Source: Candidatus Poribacteria bacterium
GTDB taxonomy: Bacteria; Poribacteria; WGA-4E; PCPOR2b
Assembly (NCBI GenBank): GCA_965208325.1
Contig: OZ242326.1
Location: forward strand, 4,320,001-4,384,000
Direction: 5' to 3'
DNA: 64,000 nucleotides
Shown here: positions 18,432 through 27,679 of the stretch, piece by piece
Position numbering within the stretch: position 1 is the stretch's first letter
Layout: each line of letters starts with the position of its first letter
Notes under the pieces: generated by a model
Databases searched by the model: none
Seen by the model: only the letters and a program-made list of their open reading frames with translations
What the model was told of the DNA's origin: nothing
Program-made: the position numbers and the translations under genes

Positions 18432-19661
18432 ATGTGGTTAATCCTCGTTAAACTGGCTTGGAGAAATCTGTTTCGAAATAAACGGCGCACCATTATTGCT
18501 TCGATAGCGATTGGTATTGGTCTGGCTGCGCTAATCTTTGTTGATGCATTGTGGGTTGGGATGGAGCGGAACATGGTCGAAACTGCCACTGCCTCGTTTC
18601 TCGGCGATGGACAGATTCATCGGGCAGGCTTCCGCGAGGCGCAGGCAGCCGAAATGACTATCAATGAACTGGGTAAAGTGGCGGGCGATCTCTCGCAGGA
18701 AGCTATTGTTGAACGTTTCTCACACCGAACGTTCACCTTTGGGATGATTACCTCCGCGGCAAATGTCAGCGCAATTAGCCTTGTGGGGGTGCAACCGCCG
18801 ACAGAACGGTTCTTAACCCAAATTGATGACGCCATCACGGAAGGGGCGTACTTTGAAGGGGACAACAACCGCGATATAGTGATTGGTGCGAAGCTGGCGG
18901 AACTGCTTGACGTGACGCTTGGCAACCGGGTCGTTGTGACCGTGGCACAGTCGGAGAGCGGTGATTTGTCACAAGAGATGTTTCGGATTTCAGGGATCTA
19001 CCGTTTTGGCGATGAAGCGATGGAGAGCGGCATGGCGTTTGTACGCTTGGCGAAAGCCCAAGAGATGCTTGCCATCGGTTCTCAAGTGCATGAGATTGCT
19101 ATCAAATTTACGGACACAAAATACGGACAGGATACAGCTTCGACATTTTGGGATCGGTATTCCCAGCACGGCAACGAAGCGGTAAGTTGGACGGAAATTT
19201 TGCCCCAACTACAAGTTGCGTTCGAAATGTCCAAGTTCACCAAATACATACTGGGGGTTGTTCTGTTTGGCGTTGTTGTGTTTGGGATTATCAACACGCT
19301 TTTTATGTCGCTATATGAGCGGATGTTCGAGTTTGGTGTCTTACGCGCCGTTGGCACCCGCCCGTTAGGGATGGCGCGACTGATTTTGTTTGAAGCCGGA
19401 GCGTTAGCAATTGTTAGTATCGTCCTCGGCACTATCCTCGGTTTCGCCTTGACGTGGATATTCGCGATAGTCGGGATTGATTACACCGGCATTGAAATGA
19501 TGGGTGTGACGATACGAGATCTCATCTATCCCGTCATGACGATTCAGCCGTTCATCTTATATTCCATCTGGGTATTTATCTTTACCATTATCACAGGGCT
19601 GTATCCGGCGAGATATGCGGCGAAGATAGCCCCAGCGGCCGCGATGCGAAGGAGTTTTTGA
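18432..19661 (+). CDS. ABC transporter permease, FtsX/LolE-MacB family
   Basis: AWRNLFRNKRRT and NTLFMSLYERMFEFGVLRAVG motifs. Confidence 0.9.
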   Translation: MWLILVKLAWRNLFRNKRRTIIASIAIGIGLAALIFVDALWVGMERNMVETATASFLGDGQIHRAGFREAQAAEMTINELGKVAGDLSQEAIVERFSHRTFTFGMITSAANVSAISLVGVQPPTERFLTQIDDAITEGAYFEGDNNRDIVIGAKLAELLDVTLGNRVVVTVAQSESGDLSQEMFRISGIYRFGDEAMESGMAFVRLAKAQEMLAIGSQVHEIAIKFTDTKYGQDTASTFWDRYSQHGNEAVSWTEILPQLQVAFEMSKFTKYILGVVLFGVVVFGIINTLFMSLYERMFEFGVLRAVGTRPLGMARLILFEAGALAIVSIVLGTILGFALTWIFAIVGIDYTGIEMMGVTIRDLIYPVMTIQPFILYSIWVFIFTIITGLYPARYAAKIAPAAAMRRSF

Positions 19662-19727
19662 TTCGGCAGAAATGGCGGGATGGGAGATTGGAAGAAAATG
19701 CACTGCGGAATACGTTAGGAGCGAAGG

Positions 19728-20420
19728 GTGACGAATTCTGATGTCATTGTCACAGAGAGCATTACGAAGGTGTATGCGGAAAATGGTGTGCCCGTCGAAG
19801 CCTTACGGGGCGTGGATTTGACGATCCGGTCAGGCGAGTTTACGGCGTTGGTGGGACCGTCGGGGTCGGGGAAGACTACGCTTCTCAACATTATTTCCGG
19901 GCTGGATGCGCCGACAGCGGGGAAGGTCTGGTTGTCGGGCAAGTTGCTGTCAGGCATGAGTGGCAATGACTTGTCCGATTTTCGCCGTGACAACATCGGC
20001 TTCATTTTTCAGGCTTACAATCTCATTCCGGTGCTGACAGTGGAAGAGAACGTGGAATATATTATGCTGCTGCAGCGCGTGTCCAAAGCGGAGCGGCATA
20101 GGCGCGTTGACGCAATGCTTGAAGAGGTTGGATTAGCGGGATATGCGGATCGAAACCCGCTCCAACTCTCGGGCGGGCAGCAACAACGTGTCGCCATTGC
20201 ACGGGCGATGGTCTCCGAACCTGCGATTATTCTTGCGGATGAGCCGACCGCGAACCTCGACTCCAAAACAGGTTCAGATTTGCTTGAGATGATGAACCGC
20301 CTCAATACGCAGACTAGTATGACGTTCGTATTTTCGACCCACGATCCAATGGTGATGGAGCGCGCAAGGCGATTGATAACGCTCAAGGACGGAAAAGTTG
20401 AGAGCGACGAGAGTAAATAA
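19728..20420 (+). CDS. ABC transporter ATP-binding protein (LolD-like)
   Basis: GPSGSGKT, LSGGQQQRVAIARA and ADEPTANLD. Confidence 0.93.
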   Translation: MTNSDVIVTESITKVYAENGVPVEALRGVDLTIRSGEFTALVGPSGSGKTTLLNIISGLDAPTAGKVWLSGKLLSGMSGNDLSDFRRDNIGFIFQAYNLIPVLTVEENVEYIMLLQRVSKAERHRRVDAMLEEVGLAGYADRNPLQLSGGQQQRVAIARAMVSEPAIILADEPTANLDSKTGSDLLEMMNRLNTQTSMTFVFSTHDPMVMERARRLITLKDGKVESDESK

Positions 20421-20442
20421 ACCTTCAAATTTTACTGTGGTT

Positions 20443-20715
20443 TCAGTCGTAATGCCCTCTGCATACTGAAATGACAATTCTATCCGCTTCGACTCTGTAA
20501 ACGATGCGATTCGCCTTGTCGATTCGCCTTGACCAGAAACCTGATAAATCGCCTTTCAGTGCCTCAGGTTTACCCGTTCCGCGGAAAGGATCTCGCCGAA
20601 TTTCCCGAAGTAAATTGAGAATGCGTCGAGTTGTCCTGTGGTCTCGCTGAATCCACCACGCCAGATCTTCAAACGCTGCAGGTTCAAATTCCAAGTTTCT
20701 CGCGGACGACTTCAT
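20443..20715 (-). CDS. yoeB: Txe/YoeB family addiction module toxin
   Basis: DPFRGTGKPEALKGDLSGFWSRRID..NRIVY...CRGHY. Confidence 0.92.
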   Translation of the reverse strand: MKSSARNLEFEPAAFEDLAWWIQRDHRTTRRILNLLREIRRDPFRGTGKPEALKGDLSGFWSRRIDKANRIVYRVEADRIVISVCRGHYD

Positions 20716-20926
20716 AAGGAATTTCTTCGGTACTGTTTCTCGATTTCAAAAGTCGATCTTTTATCTTCGGATCGCTCAACAAGTATTCCGTTTCCTTTTC
20801 TGCGCTTTCTGATGCCTCCCTGACCATTTCCTCAATAATTTGGGCAACAGTCATCATCCGCTGTTTTGCTTGAATGGATAACCATTCGTAATCTGAATCG
20901 CTGATATGAATAGAAATTGTCTTCAT
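20684..20926 (-). CDS. Antitoxin (RHH/CopG-like N-terminus, YefM-like C-terminus)
   Basis: Small gene upstream of and overlapping the toxin; MKTISIHISD beta strand and ETEYLLSDP....RLL segment. Confidence 0.7.
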   Translation of the reverse strand: MKTISIHISDSDYEWLSIQAKQRMMTVAQIIEEMVREASESAEKETEYLLSDPKIKDRLLKSRNSTEEIPYEVVREKLGI

Positions 20927-21112
20927 TTTAGTTTTTATGCGGAAACTGCCACACTGTTAGAGAGGAAGCTACGCTTCTCCATACATCGGTTGAATTTTCT
21001 CTGAAAAATTTCCATCACATACCCATTATACCACAATCCTTAACGTATAAACACGGCTATTTTAAAGTACAATAGATAAAGGGCATCACTTTTCCGATAC
21101 CTGTTTGCGAAA

Positions 21113-22339
21113 ATGGTGAGAAAATTCCTTGGGATTACTATCTTTCTGATTATTATTGGGATTGCCGATTCCACTGATGCCGAATTTCAAATTGGTGGAT
21201 ATTACAAAAACTTTTCCATAGGCTTGGATTCTCCCTTACCGGACGAACCGATTATCGGTGCGGTGAACAACCGACTGCGGTTAAATTGGGCTTATGTTCC
21301 CGCCGATGCAGTCTCGTTTGACCTCTCTTACGATATTGGGTCACGTATTCAAGACCCCTCGCTGTTTTTTGAACCGACAATCGTGGGTGCTGCCAATTCA
21401 CTCCGCTACCGCGTTGTGGATTTTGATTCCGAAATCTATCCAGGCGAGAGTGACACAGTGGGAAGTTTCGGCCTATTTCAAAATTTCGACAGGGTTTCAG
21501 TAGCTTACACCGGCGGTTTCGGCGACATCACAATCGGCCGCCAAGCCATCGCATGGGGGAGTGCGCGGGTCGTGAACCCAACGGACGTTCTTGCGCCTTA
21601 CGCCTACAATCAACTGGACACGGAGGACCGAATCGGTGTGGATGCGGTACGGGTACAAATTCCGATTGGCGTGTTGGGAGAGTTTGATGCCGGTTATGTT
21701 TTCGGGCAGGATTTAGCTCTTGAAAAGAGCGCCTTTTACGTTCGGAGCCAGTTGAATGCGGCAGCGACTGATTTCTCAATATTACTATTGGGATTTCGTG
21801 AACACTTGATGACAGGCTTTGACTTAGCGCGGGGTATTGGCGGCGCCGGATTCTGGTTTGAAGGTGCTTACGTTTACGCCGACGCCATCGAAGGTGAAAA
21901 CGGTGAGGTGGAAACCTACCTCCGCACGTCAATAGGGCTGGACTACAGTTTCCGTGGGGTGATTTACGGGTTCATTGAATATCATTTCAGCGGTGCAGGT
22001 GCAGGCAAACCGGCAGATTATCTCGACAACCTTGCCAAACCGGCGAACACCGACGGCGCAGTCTACCTTATGGGCAGACACTATATTGTTCCCGGATTGA
22101 CCTGCCAAATATCGCCGCTCATGTCGTTGAGCAGCTTCGTGCTATGGAACGTCTCTGATCTTTCAGTATTACCTTCTGTGCAAATTGAATACAATCTCGC
22201 ACAAGATGTTTATCTCTCTGCTGGCGGATTCATCGGGATTGGCAAACGCGCTGTAACCGAGGGGGAAGAAACACAATTCAGATCGGAGTTTGGCGGATAT
22301 TCTAACGTCTATTTTCTTTCGTTTCGAATATATTACTGA
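21113..22339 (+). CDS. Probable outer-membrane beta-barrel protein associated with the LolA-like/ABC operon
   Basis: Signal peptide; GRQAIAWG...NPTD motif; alternating strands; C-terminal aromatic FRIYY. Confidence 0.65.
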   Translation: MVRKFLGITIFLIIIGIADSTDAEFQIGGYYKNFSIGLDSPLPDEPIIGAVNNRLRLNWAYVPADAVSFDLSYDIGSRIQDPSLFFEPTIVGAANSLRYRVVDFDSEIYPGESDTVGSFGLFQNFDRVSVAYTGGFGDITIGRQAIAWGSARVVNPTDVLAPYAYNQLDTEDRIGVDAVRVQIPIGVLGEFDAGYVFGQDLALEKSAFYVRSQLNAAATDFSILLLGFREHLMTGFDLARGIGGAGFWFEGAYVYADAIEGENGEVETYLRTSIGLDYSFRGVIYGFIEYHFSGAGAGKPADYLDNLAKPANTDGAVYLMGRHYIVPGLTCQISPLMSLSSFVLWNVSDLSVLPSVQIEYNLAQDVYLSAGGFIGIGKRAVTEGEETQFRSEFGGYSNVYFLSFRIYY

Positions 22340-23268
22340 CGATGCGGCGATTTCAGAATACGCATGGCTTTCTCCGCACACCTAGTTGTATGCCAAGTGT
22401 GTTCTCAAGCTGTCACGATTAATGACCCTTTTACTGACTTAATTGATGTTCATCATACGCTTCAAATCTTGGCAATTGACGCTTTGCCTTTCACCGTCCC
22501 CTTCTTGTACCGAGGTCAAATTCTGACAAATCTGAATCCGTGTGAATCGCTCTCCTTTCCGCTTAAGTTTTTAAGATTCCCGGTGCCTAGGTAAAGCCTT
22601 CTCAATAGTCATCTACCCATAGGTTGCCTTATCGCCTCGATGTGCTTCATCCCACTCCGGTCGATAAAGTTACGATTGACGGAAAATCGAAGCAATCACG
22701 GGGAAACACTGCGCCCAGTACACAGCAGTGAGCTTAATCGACTCCCTCGGTAAGCTGTAACTGTTGGTATTGCCTGATATCGACGCATCAAACTTTGGGC
22801 AACTCAGTAACGGCGGCTGGCTAAATCTCTGGTTATTCGCTGTGTGGTGGCTCTGCAGCCTCACTTACCAAAGTGAATTTAGCACATGTACGGTAGATGG
22901 AATGAAAAAGCGTTAGCACCGTCTATATTTGCCCGTGAGGTAGTTTTTAAAAGGTAGGCGGGGGAGGATTATGTCTCCGAGACTAAAGAAAATTGCTACG
23001 AATCGAAAAAAGCATTGACACGATTTTTCAGGTGTGATACGTTTTCAATCGGTTAGGAGATTCCTTTTACATTTTCCAGGGGACCGAGTGCTCATCATTT
23101 AACCTCCTGAAGTAAAATGAGGCTGTGGACGGATCTTGGTAACCACACTAACGTTCCAGGCCAAGTTATTTGGAACCCGTCTTGTATAGGTTCCGTTCAG
23201 CAAGTTGCCCTACTCATAACACTAGTGCCTTTTTGAACAAACGGTCAAATTTTTCTTAGGAGGTAGGT

Positions 23269-24504
23269 ATGTTTAATGGCAAGTTTAGGCGCTGCCTCGT
23301 TGCATTGGGTGTGGTTTTTCTATTTGGCGTTGGATACCATTTTTACAACAGTCAAATTGAATTAGGCGAATATACGAGAGACTATTTTCAGTTTGAGAAG
23401 ACTTATCCAGATATGGATACTAGGGGGGCGCAACATTCCCTTGGTGAGGTCGACAGCGTGACCAATGTTAGCTCTGAATTAGCTGAGCGACACTGGTCAA
23501 CGTATGATAAGCAAGAGTGGGAAACGTATTGGTCAAATCAAGAGCCTGTAAAGGTCAAATACACACAGACTTCGTCGCCCGATGATGAGGGGGTCACAAC
23601 GGTTCGTCATGAAGGTCCTCCTAGAGAATATCATAAAGAGGATTTGGTGCCGCAATTGGTTGAAACCCCTGATGGGCAGGTAACTAAAATGTTGTGGTTT
23701 TCAAAACTAAAACCTGGGCAAGCTGTACCTCATCCCAAGTGGTGGCTCGGGGATAAGGTTATCATAGATGGGCTGGTGTATGAAGTTCCGCCAGACGAAA
23801 CCGCAGATTCGTACATCGATAAAATTAGGTTGAGTACAATCTATGATGTCCCCCTTGATTCTGTTGATAGCCTGATTGAAGCGGGTATAATTCCAAGTTC
23901 GCCGCTAGACGCACAATACGACCCAATCTTTGACGATCCTCTCTTTGTAACCCGCGAGGACAGTCGACCGGTGGAAGCCAGTTCTGGGGCACTGCCTTCT
24001 GATTTTGGTGAGCCTAATGAGCCTCAAGTAATCTACCTCAACGAAATAAGCGCTAACTATCCGAACTTGTCCGAACTTTTCTCCCAGCTCGTCGAGAATC
24101 CACGTGAAGGTTGGCCTAACGTCGACGACTTTAACGAACTTATCAACCAACTCATCAAGGATCCAAACGGCGATCATCTTGAATTGGACGAACTAATCAG
24201 CCAGCTCATCAAGGATTCAAGCGGTGATTATGGTGAAACGGAATGGGGTTCAAGCAGTGAGATAAACACGGTGGGCGACTCAACAGACGTCCAACCCTCG
24301 TTAGCCGGTGACTTCGAGCAAAAGCCCGCTGAGATAGAATCGAAGGCGTTACCGGTGACACCGGACGAGATTGAAGCGGAGTTGAGCGAAGGGATATCAC
24401 TAGAACGAAGTGACAAAATGCCAATGGGAATAAACCAGTACAGCACAGAAGAGAAATACCTTCGTCTGCGAGAGACGCGGAGGGATCCTGAAGAGGCACG
24501 GTGA
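23269..24504 (+). CDS. Hypothetical acidic membrane-anchored/exported protein with internal repeats
   Basis: Strong RBS AGGAGG; N-terminal TM; three EL.[SN]QL...P..G-like repeats. Confidence 0.7.
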   Translation: MFNGKFRRCLVALGVVFLFGVGYHFYNSQIELGEYTRDYFQFEKTYPDMDTRGAQHSLGEVDSVTNVSSELAERHWSTYDKQEWETYWSNQEPVKVKYTQTSSPDDEGVTTVRHEGPPREYHKEDLVPQLVETPDGQVTKMLWFSKLKPGQAVPHPKWWLGDKVIIDGLVYEVPPDETADSYIDKIRLSTIYDVPLDSVDSLIEAGIIPSSPLDAQYDPIFDDPLFVTREDSRPVEASSGALPSDFGEPNEPQVIYLNEISANYPNLSELFSQLVENPREGWPNVDDFNELINQLIKDPNGDHLELDELISQLIKDSSGDYGETEWGSSSEINTVGDSTDVQPSLAGDFEQKPAEIESKALPVTPDEIEAELSEGISLERSDKMPMGINQYSTEEKYLRLRETRRDPEEAR

Positions 24505-24822
24505 TTTGAGCTGGCGCGTCTCCGTTCCCAGAGTCTTCGACCTTCTGAGACTACCCGTACGGCGCCTGATGACGGACAATCGGAACGCTAAAAATGGCTG
24601 ATAGGCTTACGCCTAGCAATCCCAGCAAACTCTAATAGGTAGGGGGGTGTGTCTTCAGACTTTAGGATTTGCCCTCATTTTTGTGCCTCGCATGGCTCTT
24701 AGCTTAGTGTATAATTTTTGAATGGGATCGGCTATCTTTGGTCGGCGCGGTGGCAACAACGCAAGGAGCTAGTAAAATTGCTCAAATCGAAAAAACTATT
24801 CTGACCCTTTTGGAATATTTTA

Positions 24823-24851
24823 TTGAAAATAAAGATCAAATATGCTATAAT
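24823..24851 (+). promoter_or_regulatory. Sigma70-type promoter of the pyr operon
   Basis: TTGAAA-N17-TATAAT with extended -10 TG. Confidence 0.65.
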
Positions 24852-24889
24852 CTTATTGTTCGTTCATGATGTCGAGGTTGCAAAAATTC

Positions 24890-24925
24890 TCCTTTTTAAT
24901 CTGATCCGGTGAGGTTGGAAAAGGG
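24890..24925 (+). promoter_or_regulatory. PyrR-binding leader RNA (pyr attenuator binding loop)
   Basis: CCUUUUUAAU-CUGAUC-CGGUGA-GGUUGG-AAAAGG: lower stem, UUUAA, upper stem and CNGNGA hexaloop as in PyrR sites; upstream of the pyrR operon. Confidence 0.8.
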
Positions 24926-24977
24926 TGCAATACGTTTCACGCGATTATATATATTGTCCATATTCTATTGTCAGATG

Positions 24978-25005
24978 ACCTCCCTTTATCAAGGGAGGTT
25001 TTTTT
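24978..25005 (+). terminator. Attenuator terminator / RBS-sequestering hairpin
   Basis: ACCTCCCTT-TATC-AAGGGAGGT followed by a T run ending at the ATG at 25006. Confidence 0.8.
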
Positions 25006-25611
25006 ATGCGCCGGATTCCCCGAACGATTATGAATGCACAAGCGGTGTTGGACTTGGTTGAAGAGATTGGCGTGCTAAAGAATCTTCCGCGTACCGGTTG
25101 GCGGTTTCGCGGGATTAAAGACGCCGAGAGTGTCGCAGATCACTGCTATCGCGTGTCCTTTTTGTCAATGCTGTTGGCTGATGTGTTGGCGAAACAGGGC
25201 GTTCAGCTCGACGTTGAAAAGGTGATGCGAATCGCCTTGCTGCACGAAGTCGCCGAGGCAAGAATCGGCGACGTGCCATTTCCAGCTTTGGAATATATTC
25301 CTGAAGATGTCAAAGAAGCGGGGGAAAAAGCCGCATTTCGGTCGATGTTTGAGGGCTTTGACACGCTTTTACCGAAATACACCGACTTGTGGGAGGAGTT
25401 TGAGAATGGAACGTCGTTGGAAGGAAAATTAGTGCGGGCGGCGGATAAACTTGAATTGATGATTCAAGTATTTGAATATGAACAGTTGGGGTATCGCTCG
25501 CTCGACAAGTTTTGGACGAACGCTTGGAACCTCAAAGGATTTGATGACTATGCCCTAGTGCGGGAAATCATGGATTTACTTGTCGAAAGAAGGATTCAAC
25601 TGAGTGAATAG
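25006..25611 (+). CDS. HD-domain hydrolase (YfbR/HDDC2-like 5'-deoxynucleotidase family)
   Basis: LK.LPRTGW, ESVADH, H(E)VAEARIGD and ADKLE motifs. Confidence 0.85.
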   Translation: MRRIPRTIMNAQAVLDLVEEIGVLKNLPRTGWRFRGIKDAESVADHCYRVSFLSMLLADVLAKQGVQLDVEKVMRIALLHEVAEARIGDVPFPALEYIPEDVKEAGEKAAFRSMFEGFDTLLPKYTDLWEEFENGTSLEGKLVRAADKLELMIQVFEYEQLGYRSLDKFWTNAWNLKGFDDYALVREIMDLLVERRIQLSE

Positions 25612-25744
25612 CGAAGGATCAAGCGACCGAACAGGAACCGCGATAGTCTCCAAATAATCACTAGCCTTAGGGGAAATAAAACTCTTTTTAAATTACCGCA
25701 AAATTGACTTGTTCAGCGTAATTCAGTGAAGAGGTGTTTTCAAA

Positions 25745-26290
25745 ATGCGCGAAAAAACACAGGTAATGACGTCCGAGGATATTCGACGTGCGTTGACCCG
25801 AATATCACATGAGATTGTGGAGCACAATCATCGAGAAATTGCCGATCTCGCGCTGATTGGGATTAAGAGCCGCGGGGATCACTTGGCACACCGCATTGCA
25901 AAAAACTTGGAAACTATTGAAAATATTGAAGTCCCGGTGGGCGTAGTTGACGTGCGATTGTATCGAGATGATGTCAATCTGTACGAAGAAGAGATAAAAA
26001 TTAACCGGACGGACATCCCGTTCAGCGTTGAAGGTAAATGCGTGATTCTGGTAGATGAAGTTATCTACACCGGACGCACAATCCGCGCCGCGATGGATGC
26101 CGTCATGGATTTTGGACGTCCTGCGGCAATTCGACTTGCAGTGCTCATCGATCGAGGACATCGTGAACTGCCAATCTCCGCGAATTATGTTGGCAAAAAT
26201 ATCCCGACATCGCGAAAGGAAATTGTGCGTGTCCAATTGGTCGAAGAGCACGGGTCGGATCGAGCGGCGATTTATGAGGGCGGCGAATGA
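25745..26290 (+). CDS. pyrR: Bifunctional pyr operon regulator / uracil phosphoribosyltransferase
   Basis: RISHEIVE, LYRDD, TGRTIRAAMDA and DRGHRELPI..YVGKNIPTS. Confidence 0.95.
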   Translation: MREKTQVMTSEDIRRALTRISHEIVEHNHREIADLALIGIKSRGDHLAHRIAKNLETIENIEVPVGVVDVRLYRDDVNLYEEEIKINRTDIPFSVEGKCVILVDEVIYTGRTIRAAMDAVMDFGRPAAIRLAVLIDRGHRELPISANYVGKNIPTSRKEIVRVQLVEEHGSDRAAIYEGGE

Positions 26291-27576
26291 ATCGGATTCT
26301 CATCTGCAATGGCCACATCGTTGATCCCGCCAATCAGGTTGATTCGATTCAGAATCTACTCATCTGCGGCGGAAAAATCGCCCAAATTGGGGAACGAATT
26401 GAAGTTGAAGCGGATAGGGTTATTGATGCGGAGGGATTGATCGTTACGCCGGGATTGATTGACATGCATGTCCATCTGCGGGAACCCGGTTTTGAGCACA
26501 AAGAAACCATCAAATCGGGCACCCGTGCGGCAGCCGCGGGTGGATTTACATCGGTTGCCTGTATGGCGAATACGCAACCGGTTGCTGATTCCCCGGAGGT
26601 CATTCGATTTATCCGGTCGCAAGCTGAAAAAAGCGGTGTCGCTAACGTGTTCCCCATCGGCAGCATCACAAAAAACCTCACGGGGGAAGAAGTTACCGAT
26701 GTTCCTGCATTGCTAGAAGCCGGAGCGGTCGCATTGTCCGATGATGGCAAAACCGTCATGAACGCCGCGCTTATGCGCGAGGTGTTAGCCTGGAGCGCGC
26801 AACTCGGCTTTCCCGTTGCAGTCCACTGCGAAGAACACAATCTGAATGCGGGCACGGTGATGAACCTCGGCGAAACCTCGAACAGGCTGAATCTGCCCGG
26901 CAGTCCCAACGCAGCGGAAGACATTATAGCCGCCCGTGACATTATGCTTGCCGAGTTAACTGGCGGACATCTCCACGTTTTACACGTCAGCACCGCTGGA
27001 ACCGTCGAGCTAGTTCGGTGGGGAAAGCGCAGGGGCGTCCATGTAACAGCTGAAGCTACACCGCACCATTTCGCGCTCACCGAAGCCGCTGTCGAAGAGC
27101 ACGGAGCAAACGCAAAAATGCACCCACCCTTGCGAACCGAGGCGGACGTTCGCGCAGTGATTGATGGGCTGATTGATGGAACGCTTGATGCAATTGCTAC
27201 TGACCATGCTCCTCACGCTCCGATTGAGAAAGCGCAGGGGATGAACGACGCTCCCCCCGGCATCGTCGGGTCGGAAACTTGCGTTCCGCTAGTTTTCACT
27301 AAACTCATTGATTCTGGGCGGCTCACGCTATCGAAAGCCATTGCAAAGATGACGTGTACCCCAGCGAAAATTTTGAATATCGACCGCGGTACCCTCTCCA
27401 TCGGCGCGGCCGCTGACGTAACGCTAATCGATCCAAAACGAGAAGTTAAAGTTGTTCCGGCACAATTCGTGTCCAAAAGCCGTAATACGCCTTTCGGCGG
27501 CTGGGCGTTGAAGGGTTGCCCCGTGATGACCATTCGTGACGGAGAAGTGACGCATTCCGTCCTCAATGACGGCTGA
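26287..27576 (+). CDS. pyrC: Dihydroorotase (type I, long form)
   Basis: DMHVHLREPG, ATDHAPH and SKSRNTPF; ATGA overlap with pyrR. Confidence 0.95.
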   Translation: MNRILICNGHIVDPANQVDSIQNLLICGGKIAQIGERIEVEADRVIDAEGLIVTPGLIDMHVHLREPGFEHKETIKSGTRAAAAGGFTSVACMANTQPVADSPEVIRFIRSQAEKSGVANVFPIGSITKNLTGEEVTDVPALLEAGAVALSDDGKTVMNAALMREVLAWSAQLGFPVAVHCEEHNLNAGTVMNLGETSNRLNLPGSPNAAEDIIAARDIMLAELTGGHLHVLHVSTAGTVELVRWGKRRGVHVTAEATPHHFALTEAAVEEHGANAKMHPPLRTEADVRAVIDGLIDGTLDAIATDHAPHAPIEKAQGMNDAPPGIVGSETCVPLVFTKLIDSGRLTLSKAIAKMTCTPAKILNIDRGTLSIGAAADVTLIDPKREVKVVPAQFVSKSRNTPFGGWALKGCPVMTIRDGEVTHSVLNDG

Positions 27577-27679
27577 TTCCATAGAAACAGGATAATTTCA
27601 TAAGCAGGCGCACACCATTCCGTCTAATGCACAACACGCACAAAGACTTCCGCTCCCAGTGTTGAGGTGATTCAAAATA

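Noticed and set aside
24502..24591. Selenocysteine or programmed readthrough at the TGA
   Set aside because: No Cys/redox context or clear SECIS hairpin; a true stop or nonsense mutation is simpler
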